Shown here: piece after piece, positions 32,101-43,000 of the stretch
Layout: every line of letters begins with the position of its first letter
Position numbering within the stretch: the first letter of the stretch is position 1
NCBI GenBank assembly: GCA_000091205.1
Contig: AP006493.2
Reading direction: 5' to 3' (one strand)
From: Cyanidioschyzon merolae
Taxonomy: Eukaryota
Length of the DNA: 64,000 nt
Notes under the pieces: generated by a model
Told to the model about the DNA's origin: nothing
Database searches by the model: none
What the model saw: the letters and a program-made list of their open reading frames with translations, nothing else
Made by a program: the position numbers and the translations under genes

Positions 32101-34189
32101 GGATCCTGCGCAGCACCATCTGAGAGTATCATCTGATGTAGCTGTAGCAACCACTGCGGTTTCACAGCTATCGCTCAGTGCCGATGCCGACAAGACCCTA
32201 ACGAAAGAGATCCCCTTCCATTCCGATTTACGCACGGATGCGCCCGAATTCGTGCCGTTTATATCGTACGGTGGCTTTGGCACATCTGCATTCCCAGTAC
32301 CACAGATGAGCCCGACGTTCTTTTCAGCTCCGTACGGCGAGGCGACGCGGTCGGATCTATATCCTTTACCAGCTTATATGCAGCCTGCTGACTGGGGCAC
32401 AGCGTCTGCCGGCGATACGATCGACATGCACCATCTCAGTTCTGGTGGCGAGGCGGCTGTACCCACAAGGACAGTGAGGCAGCGTGCGCCCCCAGAGGAC
32501 GACGATGAGGATCTCGCAGCGGCGGCGATTTCGTCGGCGCTCGGCGAGCGGCGCCAGCATCGTGGCGGCAAGGGCGTCACCGCAGGGCGACACGCTGGAA
32601 CCAGCAGTGCGCCTGGACGAACGCGGCAGCGCCCGACGATTGCGGCCAGCACGGAAGTATTTCGGGCCAACAGGGGGCGTCACCGGACTGGGATGGGTGT
32701 GGGCGCTTCTGGCACCGATGGAACGCTTGCCAAGCCACAGCGCTTCGTGTCCGAGGATCGCGAAGCGCCCTCGCACTCGGAAGCTTCAGCAGCATCAGCA
32801 TCAGCATCAGCATCACGTCTGGAGCAGGAAGCAACGACTCCGATGGCACGTTCTGGACAGCAACAGCGGACCGCAGATTCAAACACGAGCGCCAGCACGG
32901 AGCTGCAAACGAGGCGGCGGTCTCCTGGGCTGCGAACGAGTAGCAACAGCAGCAATGTGCGCTCTGTGCAGGATGTGCGCTGCGAATCCAGGCGTGGTAC
33001 TGCTGCTCCTACTACTACTACTGCAACGCAATCGTCGCCGGGGGAGAATCTGAAAGCTGCGGACGATGAGAGCGCGCAACGTTCGGAACCTGCGCCAGCT
33101 CTTTCAGAACAGCAGAGCGGGGCTGCTGCATCCGATGCAAGAGCCGGTGTGCAAACGCGAAAGGTAACCACAGGCGTGAATAGACTCAAGGCTGTGAAGC
33201 CATCTCGGCCCGCAACCGCGAACAAGTCGGCAGCAAACGCACTAGAACCAACAGCGGGTACCGGAACGGCCGATCGGAACGGCGAAGACGCCCTGGCACC
33301 AGCGACGACGAAGCGCGGCAAGTATTGCGACCGCAACGCTGGTGCCGATGGGAAACGTCGCGAACGATGGACAAGCCGACCGCGTCCACGAAGCATGCGC
33401 GAAGGGCGTTCGCGGAGTACCGCTTCCGTTACGGGTGCTGCTTCTGCAGCGACAACGGAGCCGAAGACGGCTACAGCCTTGGACACCGCAGTCAAGATGT
33501 TGCCGTTCGAGGTCAGTGGAACACGCACACCATCGCCAGTGCAGCGGGAGCAGCAGAAGCAAGAAGCGGTGCCTGAAGCGCCAACTCGAACGTCTCCAGC
33601 GGCGGAGGGCGCTCCCAAGGCGCTTGTCACGCCAGCTGATCCCGCTGAGGATCCGAAAACGCCTGCCAAAGACCAGCGGACTCGTGAGGCAGGCTCATCT
33701 GACGCGAGGGTATCAACGACGACGCCACCATTATCATCATCAGCGTCAGCATCAGCGTCGTTGTCGTCGAAAGAGCAAGGAGCCGCCAATGCGAAAGCAA
33801 CCGCCGCTACGGGCCAAGAAACGAAACACGAGCATTCGGCTTCTCGTCGACACTCGCAACGAAAGCTGCACCCGCGACAACGTCAACAGAAGCATCGCTT
33901 CCGGAACCGGACCAATGCAGGCAGCGAACAAGTCGAAAGCTCAGCGCGCACCATGCAACCCGAGCCTGCACCAACCGGAAACGATCGTTCTTCCGCGAAC
34001 GACGAGCATCGTGCGAGCTTCAAAAACGTCGATGTTGTCCCAGTTGCTGGCGCTTCCCTTGCACAACCAAAGTTCAAGCTGTCAACCGAGAGCGCAGTCG
34101 CTTATCGCCGAGTCGAGGCGAACGCGTCTCCGAGGCGTGCTCTGCGACAATTTCGCGAAAAGGTCAGCGAGGACGCCAAAGACGCATGA
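29120..34189 (+). CDS. Very large low-complexity (Ala/Ser/Arg/Thr-rich) protein of about 1624-1689 aa with a central charged coiled-coil-like helix.
   Basis: A 5 kb uninterrupted ORF; a likelier start is the ATG at 29318 (MTPETSTQ...). The charged segment is EEQRELAKQKAAERARQRREEEERMERERKERAALKLRQLEERIAAKKAEK. Poly-Q/H and poly-S/A tracts come from CAG/CAT/GCA repeats. Long antisense ORFs are attributed to GC content. Confidence 0.5.
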   Translation: MLDGSGRCAVFGIKGVAREPQYFIYLGKTTQRGTRFCFWVYYRTIVPRKPLVSRCCVCRLGSASPGMTPETSTQRAHTEGRSPAEVVSGDDGNGCPGNNSSASVFEEAIRVEKPPAPFEALETAAASRGLGALTTGTSTETPSTAPAGAGRPEEHSGTASRVGALGERQSWPARGPGVPNARGVVGAGTTTAARMHTLGRGGRVVVQQPSSSAEQNAKPDVRSESADTPKATTAVAAAAMLKASRNDTGDRTAIPSTGPVVRSAQQAAWSRQRSVPDPARNATGRIFSRATQGASARSATPTSDFPALVRENPTQSKPSAMQQRKPDESAAQLRPVAAAQDSARRGQHPLGTVSRNHTESGHVPKAIPSPLQLTDWSEDPDEEMNFSVPLDQRLAVPGMKPLTRPAQKDSLREAQSPTTDSATISTRAIGGFDWTDSDNDEGKAVPSDDNEASKNDIASEVATGTATTANVENADGRQGAAFVESDEYQQQHQQQQSQPIAVGTRRPNIQPSLSKEKMQVDLEEISRELHLLEEQRELAKQKAAERARQRREEEERMERERKERAALKLRQLEERIAAKKAEKATVKERTTPEHQAARTDSVKAADLGKDRKLPAARIDRAIASAQSGGPASSASASEKPYPLEQVRRDDASAGDTRITRTEHATEAGSRSAARNTQQRVRRAPLTETWSQEEQHTRGRATASAGVRGTASAVPACDRSSLDRSRATASGASSTNLDQSRRQRRQGAPRGQLSKSDEPRERSDSASASGSTSRDKTATEPEGPKIESSVRGSRSRTSAPWGRAGPASKPGKRNDREGAPSEAALSEHVQPLSLEDASLPSSPPPTWFTMPDTMADEEEPTVRSPWAASSPALTPAASATGVAPKSADELDKWQLPSYPKPSFEDISRAFAAAGPVVASPASTAYGLAELYGSSVSSQRVPVESKASLVSARRPGALQDERELEAPKRDTSRSSPGTQRGTLSERTLSEPDATAADPAQHHLRVSSDVAVATTAVSQLSLSADADKTLTKEIPFHSDLRTDAPEFVPFISYGGFGTSAFPVPQMSPTFFSAPYGEATRSDLYPLPAYMQPADWGTASAGDTIDMHHLSSGGEAAVPTRTVRQRAPPEDDDEDLAAAAISSALGERRQHRGGKGVTAGRHAGTSSAPGRTRQRPTIAASTEVFRANRGRHRTGMGVGASGTDGTLAKPQRFVSEDREAPSHSEASAASASASASRLEQEATTPMARSGQQQRTADSNTSASTELQTRRRSPGLRTSSNSSNVRSVQDVRCESRRGTAAPTTTTATQSSPGENLKAADDESAQRSEPAPALSEQQSGAAASDARAGVQTRKVTTGVNRLKAVKPSRPATANKSAANALEPTAGTGTADRNGEDALAPATTKRGKYCDRNAGADGKRRERWTSRPRPRSMREGRSRSTASVTGAASAATTEPKTATALDTAVKMLPFEVSGTRTPSPVQREQQKQEAVPEAPTRTSPAAEGAPKALVTPADPAEDPKTPAKDQRTREAGSSDARVSTTTPPLSSSASASASLSSKEQGAANAKATAATGQETKHEHSASRRHSQRKLHPRQRQQKHRFRNRTNAGSEQVESSARTMQPEPAPTGNDRSSANDEHRASFKNVDVVPVAGASLAQPKFKLSTESAVAYRRVEANASPRRALRQFREKVSEDAKDA

Positions 34190-34249
34190 TCGTCGTTTAT
34201 CTCAATTGCAATGCACCTCCAGATGGGTGTCATCAAATGCCTCTTCGCG

Positions 34250-34830
34250 GTTTACAGCAGATGCGTTTGAAATGCGTTCATTTTGAAGAATAAAAAGTCC
34301 CATGGAAAGGTATGCACATGGAGGTCGAAGATCCCGGACGACCACGATCGTCGCCTATCAAACGATACCCAAAAGAAATCCTCTTCTCACGGACCATCGA
34401 GCGAAGGAGAAGAAGAAGAACAGGAAGGAGTAAGCGAGAAGAGGTGTTTGTCCGACGGAATGGCAACGAGACCGCGGTGGTACGGAGGGCACGATTTCGA
34501 TGAATGCTCGCATCGGCAAGATCCACCAGCTGCAGATCATACATGGAGTTCGTGAACCGAGACTTGAACGTCCCCATCAATATCAGGAGATGTGCGGTAC
34601 CGAGGACGTGACCTGCGGTGCTGACGCGATCGAATTCTGTGGAGCAGTGTCTCAGACTCGAGGTGCTCAAGGAGAAAAGCACTGGGAGGCGTCTGCGGGT
34701 GGCTATTCATTTACCCGACACGGTCGTAGAACATTTTGGTGTTTCACGTATCGAGTGCGCAGCAAGCAAGTCACGTTCAAAGCACAGACGTTGCAGTCGA
34801 GCGATGCTTCATTCGGCCGCTGAAGCGAAT
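34250..34830 (+). pseudogene. The 3' fragment of a Fanzor/TnpB-like relic (E3).
   Basis: RuvC-III remnant MEFVNRDLNVPINIRRCAVPRT* at 34543-34584 and onward. It is nucleotide-homologous to E1 1340-1600 and E2 22290-22460 and carries stops and indels. Confidence 0.4.
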
Positions 34831-35403
34831 CAGCCTTCAGCAGCTGCCGAGTCCTCAATCCCATACCCGCACACGAGCGACTGCTGCATATGGTGTTTCG
34901 GTGGCGGCGGACAAGCTTCTCGGGCGGGAGTTTCTGTGCACTAGGGCTGCGTGAGTAGCGCCGCCGGGGCGTAAAACCTTTCCGCAGCACCACGTGATGG
35001 GAATCATTTCAAGAATCTGGCTTTCAGGTAACGCTTGATGGGGGTTTCACGAGACCCGCTGCTTTCTTTGTGGGTGCATTATGCCAGTCTGCAGGATGCG
35101 GCTCTATCGGTGTCCCGATGTGCTGCAGTTTTGACCGGCGGTGCCTGCGTTCGGTACGAATATGGGGCGCTGCGTGCCCGGGAGCGCACGAACCTGGACG
35201 CTGTGGGGCTGCTTCCTCGCACGCCGTTGAACAAGCTCGCCGAACACGCCACTGGATACGAAGACGCTGGTGCTGTTGCTGCTGATTGCGTGCGGGGATT
35301 CACCTGATCTTCGTTAGACGCGATCGGAAGGTTACATGCCGATATTCGTGCGGGTGCGACCTCGTATTCCAGTCGTCGTCGTCGTTACGCATATTCTAGA
35401 AAG

Positions 35404-36757
35404 AAATGCAAAGGGTGCTCCAGGACGAAAACAAAAAAGGATTCTTGGGACAGTTCCTGATGTAATCAGTACTGAGCATTGTGGGCTTTTCATGCGACTG
35501 CTCTCGATCGCTCCCTCTTATCTCCGAGCCTGAAATGGATCGGTCTTCTTTCTCCCGCCAGATATGTTTCAGGACGTCGAGGGGTGTTCATGGCAGCGTC
35601 CTAGGCCGCATGGCGTTGCTCCTGGCTGCTGAACAAACGTTTCACGCGCAGGAAAACGTAACGATCTATGCTTCGCATGCCATTCGCATCTTCTTCGTAT
35701 ACAGTCTCAGTGTGTGACCTTCTTCGTCATGAAATTGGAGGCTATTCACGCATTCTAAGTATTTTGGCCAGTATTCCGCTTCCATCGCGCTGTACTGGAG
35801 CAGGGTAACACCTCCTTCATCGCACGATGCGTACCGTTGACCGGTACAGAAGGCTTCCGCGAATGCACGCCTCCGGGTCCACACCAGGTACCTTGCCTCA
35901 CGAGCATGTGCTCCTTATTTGCGATTCCCGCAGCGACGACGATGTCCGCTGCATAGACAACCGCTCGACGTCATCGTCGGTGAGGGATCTATGGACCGCG
36001 CTCTTGTCCATGATGAGACAAGGAGCGGAACCAAAAAGCAGGCATGTACGCTGGCCGGGAAACTCGGGTGCGTCACTGCACCTGTCGTACTGAGCGGTGA
36101 CGCACGCTCCACTGGAAGCGATCACTGCGATGCTTGACGTCCGCGTCCGAGATCCTTCTGCGTACAGACGGAAGCGACAGGGAGCCTCTAGATGCATATC
36201 CTGCGACAGGTATCATGTTGCACTCGAACGCCGTCTCATGTCTGGCTACAACGAGCAGCGTACTCGAATGTGGAACGGAATCGATCAATGGGCGTGACGA
36301 GTTCACAGCGGTTCCCGTATGAGCTTGTGGAGGAATCGTTGGAGGTCGACCTTGAGGATTCTCGCTTGACCATGCAGCGGTGCGGTTGCGCAGCACCGAC
36401 GATCTGCCGTCAAACAGCATGATCGAAACGGTGAACAGTGCGTGGATTGAGCATGGAAAGCGGAGAGCAGGCACACGAGCGAAGACGCTCTCGTATGGAC
36501 ATGTTATTGATAGGGGCTATGGAGGGAGCTCATGTTGTAAAACGCCGCGATCCATCTGGATTCCAGCGACATAAGAAAGTCCGTCTGCCGAGGATCGCAG
36601 TCGTCATCCCGGGAAACCAACCGAGAATCCTGCAACTGCACACGAAATTCCGTAAGCTCTGATTACAAATTCTGAATAGCACAACGATACATCGAATGAT
36701 ACTTTGGAAGAGAACGCTCAGGGCATGAACAAAGCGTGAAGTCCGATGTGCCTTTCC
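35404..36757 (-). repeat. Copy B of the 1.35 kb repeat, in inverted orientation.
   Basis: It is the reverse complement of copy A. It has the same frameshifted integrase remnant (MTSASEILLRTDGSDREPLDAYPATGIMLHSN...ECGTESINGRDEF on the plus strand here). It shares with A the extra 18 bp GGAAAGGCACATCGGACT at one end, and about 13 bp at the other end are diverged or truncated. Confidence 0.8.
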
Positions 36758-37631
36758 ATCGATGACCAGCGAAACGATAAATGTTTGGCAACCATTGGGT
36801 ATATTAGCATCGACTCGCAGACGCCTCCTAGCCTTTTTGCCGAGGGATATTGTGTGCTATCTTTTTCAGTTTCCCCTTGTGCTCGCATCCAGGCTTAGCG
36901 TCGTTCCCAGAGTGTTTGGTCGTCTCGGTACCTCGGGTCTCGTGCTTTGCGCAGCAAATCGTCTGATATTGATAGCAGCGCTGGAGCCTCGGTTCACGAA
37001 ATTCTTGCATGCATTTTTCTGGTTGTACGCTCTATTGCAAAGATTCCCAGAACTTGTACCCTCCGCACCACTACAGTCTCATCATCGTCCAGTCGAGCAA
37101 GCACCTCCTCTCGTCCACTTCCCCTTCTTCTTCTTCATGACTTGCTCTACGTGCTGGAACGTCGGCGAGAACAGGATTTTTCGTATCCTTTTGCGACAGC
37201 AGGCGGCACCGGCTTTCCAGGATACTCGACTTCCGCGTCCATCCCATTCCCTCATACTTTTATTTCATCAAATAAATGAACCTGGAACGCATCTATTATA
37301 AACCACGAAAAAGCATTTGATGACTCTATGCCAGAGGTGGATACCATAGACGTGAAAGACTGTCATCTTACGGGGGGTGTCGGCCGCTGCGCTCGATGAC
37401 GGTTACGTGCAAAAGGCTTTTTGTCGCTCTTTTGTGGAATACTCGTTCGCTATGATGAAACCAACGTGATTATGTCAGTTCTGCTGCTGATTCAAGTCTA
37501 CAGGAAGAAACGTTCACGTGGACTGAGCAACAAGAGCGAGTATTCCTAGTTCAAGGGTTTACCTGGTCTCCGTCGCAGACTGATCTCGGGGACGATACAC
37601 TTCGCTAACGAGCAAGCTCTGTAGCGATCTG

Positions 37632-39260
37632 ATGCAGCGCACCCGATCTCTGGCTGCTTCCGTCCAAAGTCTCGCCAGATCTCTTCGAAGTAAGCAACTG
37701 CGTCCCTACCAAAAGGTGACGCAGCACGCAAACCGGGTAGAAACGGTGTCACTCGGGTCACTGAGCTACTGTGCAAGCGTCGTCACGCGATACCTCTGTA
37801 GCGCTGCACAGAAAGCCGCTGGGGCCGCGGGCACGCGGCCAACCATTTACGCCCTGGCGACTGCACCAGGAACAGGCGCTATAGCAGTATTCCGGATCAG
37901 CGGCCCCGAGACCCGACAAGTACTGCAGGCGGTGCTCCATGTGCCTGCGCAAAAACTTCCGCAACCACGGCAGCTCGTTCCGCGGACGCTCTATGATCCG
38001 CAGCGCAACTACGCTTTCGACCGCGGTATGGTCGTCTGGTTTCCGGCACCAGCATCATACACCGGAGAGGATATGGCGGAGTTGCAGGTGCACGGAGCAC
38101 CAGCGGTCATTCGTGCAGCGCTTGTTGCACTGGCGGGATACCCAGGCCTCGTCCCTGCTACAGCGGGCGCTTTCACCAAAAGAGCGCTTACGAATGGCAA
38201 AATGGACCGATCTCAGGTGGAGGCGCTAGCTCATATCATCCAGGCGGATTCTCTCGATGGGCTTGCCCTGGCGGTGAATAACTTGCAAGGAGCGCTTCGC
38301 AGCCAGCATCATTCTTGGCGAGCGCACCTGCACGCAGCGATGGCGATCATGGAGGCGGTGCTTGAATTCGGAGAGGAGCACCTCGCACACGAAATAGACG
38401 CACAACTGGAGCAAGCAGCGCAGCGTATACGGGCTGTGCAGGCAGAGATGCGCATGCAGATTCGTCTCGCGAGTCCCGAAGGTCAACGACCGGAACTGAG
38501 CCTGACGCCACGCATCGTGCTGTACGGGCGAGTGAATGCGGGCAAGAGCAGTCTATTTAACTTGATAGGGCAACGGGAGGCCTCTATTGTGCACGAGACT
38601 CCAGGAACAACTCGAGATGTCGTTGAGCAGAGAGCATACATCGACGGGCTTGCCGCAACCATCATGGACACAGCGGGGCTGCGTGAGACGCCGCAAACCG
38701 CCAGTGCGATTGAAGCCGAGGGCATTCGTCGAGCCCGAAAAGTCATTGAACAGACGCCGCTGCGAGTGCTCGTGGTAGACGCAAGCACAGAGGAAGAATG
38801 TTCATTGGAGCATGACCCAACTGCGGCATGGTTGCCCAGTGCTGTGGTGCTCCACAAAGCAGACCTAGTCCCTGATCATCAACAGCGCGAGGCGTTGAGG
38901 AATCGCTTTTCACGCTGTTACCGAGAGTCTGATCTGTTTTTCGTATCCTCCCGAACAGGCGAAGGGGTCGATGCTTTTCTGAACTGGCTTGGCGAGCGGT
39001 TACGCGCAAGATTCGAATGTGCAAAGGATACAGATCAACGTCGCTGTCTCATTCAGACGCAACGTCAGCATGCACTCCTAAGAGTTGTCCATGATCTGCT
39101 TGACGGTGCTTTGCAGCATCTCATCGTGCCAGAGCTTGCGGTAGAGCATCTTCGTTCGAGTCTACAGCACTTGGCGGAGATATCAGGAGAGGGCGATCGG
39201 CGCTTCGATGCCGAGGATACTCTTGAGCATATCTTTTCGCGCTTCTGTATCGGCAAGTGA
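37632..39260 (+). CDS. mnmE: tRNA modification GTPase MnmE/TrmE (mitochondrial MSS1/GTPBP3 type).
   Basis: An N-terminal tetrahydrofolate-binding domain, a G domain (GRVNAGKSSLFN, ...DTAGLRE, HKADL) and the hallmark C-terminal CIGK. About 70 aa of basic N-terminal extension is consistent with a mitochondrial presequence. Confidence 0.85.
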   Translation: MQRTRSLAASVQSLARSLRSKQLRPYQKVTQHANRVETVSLGSLSYCASVVTRYLCSAAQKAAGAAGTRPTIYALATAPGTGAIAVFRISGPETRQVLQAVLHVPAQKLPQPRQLVPRTLYDPQRNYAFDRGMVVWFPAPASYTGEDMAELQVHGAPAVIRAALVALAGYPGLVPATAGAFTKRALTNGKMDRSQVEALAHIIQADSLDGLALAVNNLQGALRSQHHSWRAHLHAAMAIMEAVLEFGEEHLAHEIDAQLEQAAQRIRAVQAEMRMQIRLASPEGQRPELSLTPRIVLYGRVNAGKSSLFNLIGQREASIVHETPGTTRDVVEQRAYIDGLAATIMDTAGLRETPQTASAIEAEGIRRARKVIEQTPLRVLVVDASTEEECSLEHDPTAAWLPSAVVLHKADLVPDHQQREALRNRFSRCYRESDLFFVSSRTGEGVDAFLNWLGERLRARFECAKDTDQRRCLIQTQRQHALLRVVHDLLDGALQHLIVPELAVEHLRSSLQHLAEISGEGDRRFDAEDTLEHIFSRFCIGK

Positions 39261-39431
39261 GCATCAACGATATGGGCTTTCCATCGATTCACCTCGCGCT
39301 TTCTGGACGCCGGGTGCAGTATTCCCGATCCGCTTCGCATCCAGCGTGTTGCCTGATCCGAACAGACACTCCACGCTAGCACTCACACATGAACGGATGG
39401 ATGCATACGAATCCGATTCATGAAGATGATG

Positions 39432-39450
39432 GATAGATAGATAGATAGAT
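39432..39450. repeat. (GATA)4-5 microsatellite. A (GCC)6 also lies at 39731-39748.
   Basis: gatagatagatagatagat, and gccgccgccgccgccgcc in the convergent intergenic region. Confidence 0.8.
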
Positions 39451-40294
39451 GCAATTCAAGTCGCTTTATCAGAATGGCGCCCATGCGATGCACGGGGCGC
39501 GTTTCCCGTCGAATCCGCTGCCGCCGTATTCACAAGGCATCTCTACGAACGACATAGAGGTGCCTTGCCTCCCCGAAGCGGCCTGTGTTCTCTGTTGACG
39601 GTCGACGTGGCTATCGCCCCGTGTGCCGTTGTGGAGTAACTCGTTCGTAAATGAGCCAAAGCAGAGGCGCGTCCCTGTCTGGGACACCCCGATACTTGAA
39701 CGACATCGCAGTGTCACCTGGAGGTCTGTCGCCGCCGCCGCCGCCGCCGATGCTGCATTCGAGTCTTTGACAGCCGTCGATTGCTACCGTCTGGCGTGTA
39801 CTATTCGCAGCAGTCCTGATCCCTGTCCATATGAATTACAACAGTGAATGGTGTCAAGAACAATGCTCTACACCCGCTTGCTGATCAATCTGGTTCGCTC
39901 AACACCCTAGCACTGCACCTGGAACCTCGGTTAACGCAAGCTTTGGCGAGCGCCCGAGGCTATACCATTCATGTCTCGCGGGACACTGATGCTCTGGCAA
40001 TGGCCCGCAGCTACCCTGCTACCATCCTATCGTTCTTGTGCATGTGTGCTTGCACGTCGTTCGGATCACGCTGGTCCCACTTGAATACACAGCATCCTTG
40101 GCGCTTGTCCAAGACGCCGAGGCGACTCACTGCACAGCGTCTGGCACCTGCTAGGTGAGCGTGTGTGCGTGTGTGTCCGTAGCGTACGAAAAGCGCCTCG
40201 TTTTGCGCAGCAGCATCGCAATTGGCGACAAGTCCGGTCTGCGTACAAGTTTACGTCGGGATGAAGCAGCATACAATTGATTTTTGAAAATTCA

Positions 40295-41032
40295 CTAGTG
40301 ACGCCGCTGCGTGTCACGACGTTCCTCGTAACGCCATTGCCATGGCCACTCAAATAACAGCGTCTCGTCATTCGTTTCTTGAGAAGCAGCCCAGACCCCG
40401 TGATGCTCTCTGCGAGCCTCCTCTTCGTCCGGGACGTACATGGTACTAAATTTTCGGAACGCTACAGCCCAACCGTCTCGCACCATCGCACGACCGAGGT
40501 CCAGGGTCTCGCCGCTCGCCTCTTCGACTGAACAGATAGCGACAATGCGCTGGAAAGGATCGCGTCCTCGTGGGACACAGGTGACGGGGCGGGCGCCAAT
40601 GAGCGCACGAAGATGCTCCGTCGCCTGCAGGCCACAGCGGTAGGTATCGAACTTCAGCGGGGCAGCGTCTGGAGCCGTGTTGTGGATAGGCCGTCGGCAG
40701 CGCTGGCGCTGTTCAAAAGCATCCATACCGAAGAGCCGCACTCGCGTTGTACCAAACGCCAGGGTGTCGCCGTCCACTATGCGTGGATAGCCATGAATGA
40801 CTGAAGCCGACGCCGGTCTCTCTCGGTTTTCCAAAGTAACTGCGTTAGCGGGCAAAGCGAACGCTGCAGAGCGCGGCACTGATGCTGGAACGGGAGCCGT
40901 CACACCTATCACACTGATGATTCCGATACCTACCAAACAGAGACCGAACACGTCGTCCTTTCGTAGCCGGTGTCCCTTGGAGCCCCACAAGTCCCACAAG
41001 TCCCATAAAGGCACGAAACACGCAAAGGACAT
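40295..41032 (-). CDS. Membrane-anchored staphylococcal-nuclease (SNase/thermonuclease)-like endonuclease, LCL3-like.
   Basis: TNase-like core YPRIVDGDTLAFG...RVRLFGMDAFE...YRCGLQATEHLRALIG...RDPFQRIVAICSV...LDLGRAMVRDGWAVAF...EEEARREHHGVW. It has an N-terminal hydrophobic segment GLCLVGIGIISVIGV. The exact start is uncertain. Confidence 0.65.
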   Translation of the reverse strand: MSFACFVPLWDLWDLWGSKGHRLRKDDVFGLCLVGIGIISVIGVTAPVPASVPRSAAFALPANAVTLENRERPASASVIHGYPRIVDGDTLAFGTTRVRLFGMDAFEQRQRCRRPIHNTAPDAAPLKFDTYRCGLQATEHLRALIGARPVTCVPRGRDPFQRIVAICSVEEASGETLDLGRAMVRDGWAVAFRKFSTMYVPDEEEARREHHGVWAASQETNDETLLFEWPWQWRYEERRDTQRRH

Positions 41033-41284
41033 TCACAGGCAGACGCAGTGCGCCACCGACTGCTGATAGCGCCTTGCTCCGGTGAGGTCCTTTGAGCTGC
41101 ACGGAGGGTGCGTAGCGCCAGACGCCCGCCAGTATGCGAACGATGCTAGAACAAAGACCGTCAACTACACCGCTTGTAAAGACGCTTCTACGTAGCACTG
41201 CACTCAGCGCAGCGTTCTTCACTGGAATCGCTCAAGTACGCTGCTTCAATACCCTCCTCTGTATCCGTTTATGGTTTAGAAACG

Positions 41285-42963
41285 TTGCGAGCAACCAGTG
41301 CGACCGTCGAGCGCACCCCAGGTATCGGCAAATTCGCGTTCGCCTTGCAGCGCTGCAGCGAGGCGATGCCCGCATTCGCGACTCGACAGCAATCGTCACA
41401 CAACGATTCCCAGTTCACCACAGGAACTCGATGCAAAGCGATGCGGTACCCGGCTGTAATTGTCGACACCGTCCGTGGCATGGTATATGGCAAAGTCGCT
41501 GTTACCCGGTGCTGCATCAACGCTGGCACGATCAAGGTTATGGAGCACGTTCGCAGCAGACTCGAGGCACAGTTCAACGTTCGACGTGACGACTATCGCC
41601 AGGATAAAGTATGTCTCATGGAACGTACAGGTAGTTCTGAAACGTACCGTACGGCACGTATCCTGGAGGAAGCGGATACGTCCGTGAACTTGGAAGTAGG
41701 ACAAGACATGCGGATCGCCACTATCGAGCACGAAATCGGGGATTTTCCTCGTCACGGAATTGCTCTGTTGCGTAAAACAATATCCTTTAACTGGCGTTGT
41801 CCAGCGTACATCCCCAAATCACAACCGTATTCTGCACAAGCACGGGAATTATGTTCCCTGCACGATAATGAATTCGATATTTTCGATGATGCTGATGATG
41901 CCGCTTCGATACCGCTGCATGAGACAGCGCGCGGGCTGAAGCGCTCGGCAGCGGCGGCGGCGGCAATGCGAGGCATTTTTCCAGGCGCTATGCTTGGCGC
42001 TGCAAACTTTGTACCCGTTTCTTCTTCAAACTCGGCACCATGTCGAATACCCTCGCAAACCTCATCCAGCAGCGTGTAGTTGAGAATGCATCTGACCCCT
42101 ATTTTACGCTTCCTTTTTCCATAGATTCAGATGCAGACTTGCTTCCTCGTGAAGGCACGTCACTCGGTATTGGCGGAACTGCGGCGTCACCGAGAGACGT
42201 TACGCCGAGCGCACCACCCTGGGATGCTCTCGCGGAAACGTCTTGGCCGGTGTTTGGTTCCATAAGTTGCTGTACGGATGATAATGATGGGTTACAGTGG
42301 CTTGGGGACGTTTTTCCGAGCCCGCAAAAGCAACCGATACGACGAAAAACACGTTCCCGCGCCCACCTAACTTGGTTTCCGGTGCACGTCGACGGTGCAG
42401 TCGACGCTCCGGACCCACTGACCAAGCGACTTTCCTTCTCGCTGAATGTAGGCCGCCTTCTTCTCCAGAAAGCAAAGGTCCTTTACGCAACCAGCTCCGT
42501 GTCACTGCAAAGCCGCCTTTCCAACCTGGTATGTGTTCATGGCGTTGTCCAGCATTTGCTGAAATGCATTCCGCAAACCGTTGAAGTTTGGTCAGCAGCC
42601 GCACAAGCCCGCTGGCGTCTGCTGCAAGCTCGTGTTCCGCGGTGGCATCAGGTCCGGGAATGTCATCTGGAAGGAAGCCTCACGGGCCTTGTGATCTTCG
42701 TGCGGGAGCCGAGACCCGCCCGAACATCACAACCAAGCATCAGGTACTTGAACGCTTGCGCGCATGATATAGTCGAGCGATGGCGGTCTCTATGGGACGA
42801 CTGGCAAGCTCACTGTTACCAACGACGTGCACTGTATTTTGAACGGTACTGGGAAGCACGTGCTCTTCGATTGGAAGAAGAGAGCGTGCAGGCGCGCCAA
42901 GCGGCCCAGGCCTGGAGACGAGCGCGTGAGCGGCGGCAGCGCTATCGACGTACTGAACGCTAG
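41285..42963 (+). CDS. Hypothetical protein formed by two overlapping ORFs (41285-42079 and 42040-42963). This implies a frameshift or a short intron.
   Basis: Both ORFs are on the + strand with no domain recognised. They overlap by 40 nt in different frames. Confidence 0.3.
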
Positions 42964-43000
42964 CGCTGAGGACAGTGTCAGATGAACATGTGATACTGAG

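Noticed and set aside
32680-33789. A 369-aa minus-strand ORF, and several ORFs of 100 to 275 aa antisense to the 1689-aa and 1544-aa genes (for example 11497-12324).
   Set aside because: These are GC-rich repeat-driven open frames opposite much longer sense ORFs. They have Arg/Ala/Pro-rich composition typical of antisense translation.
39731-39748. A (GCC)6 tract and the ORF 39623-39847 encoding poly-Ala.
   Set aside because: It is a microsatellite in the convergent intergenic region between MnmE and the nuclease. The ORF is short and has no supporting features.
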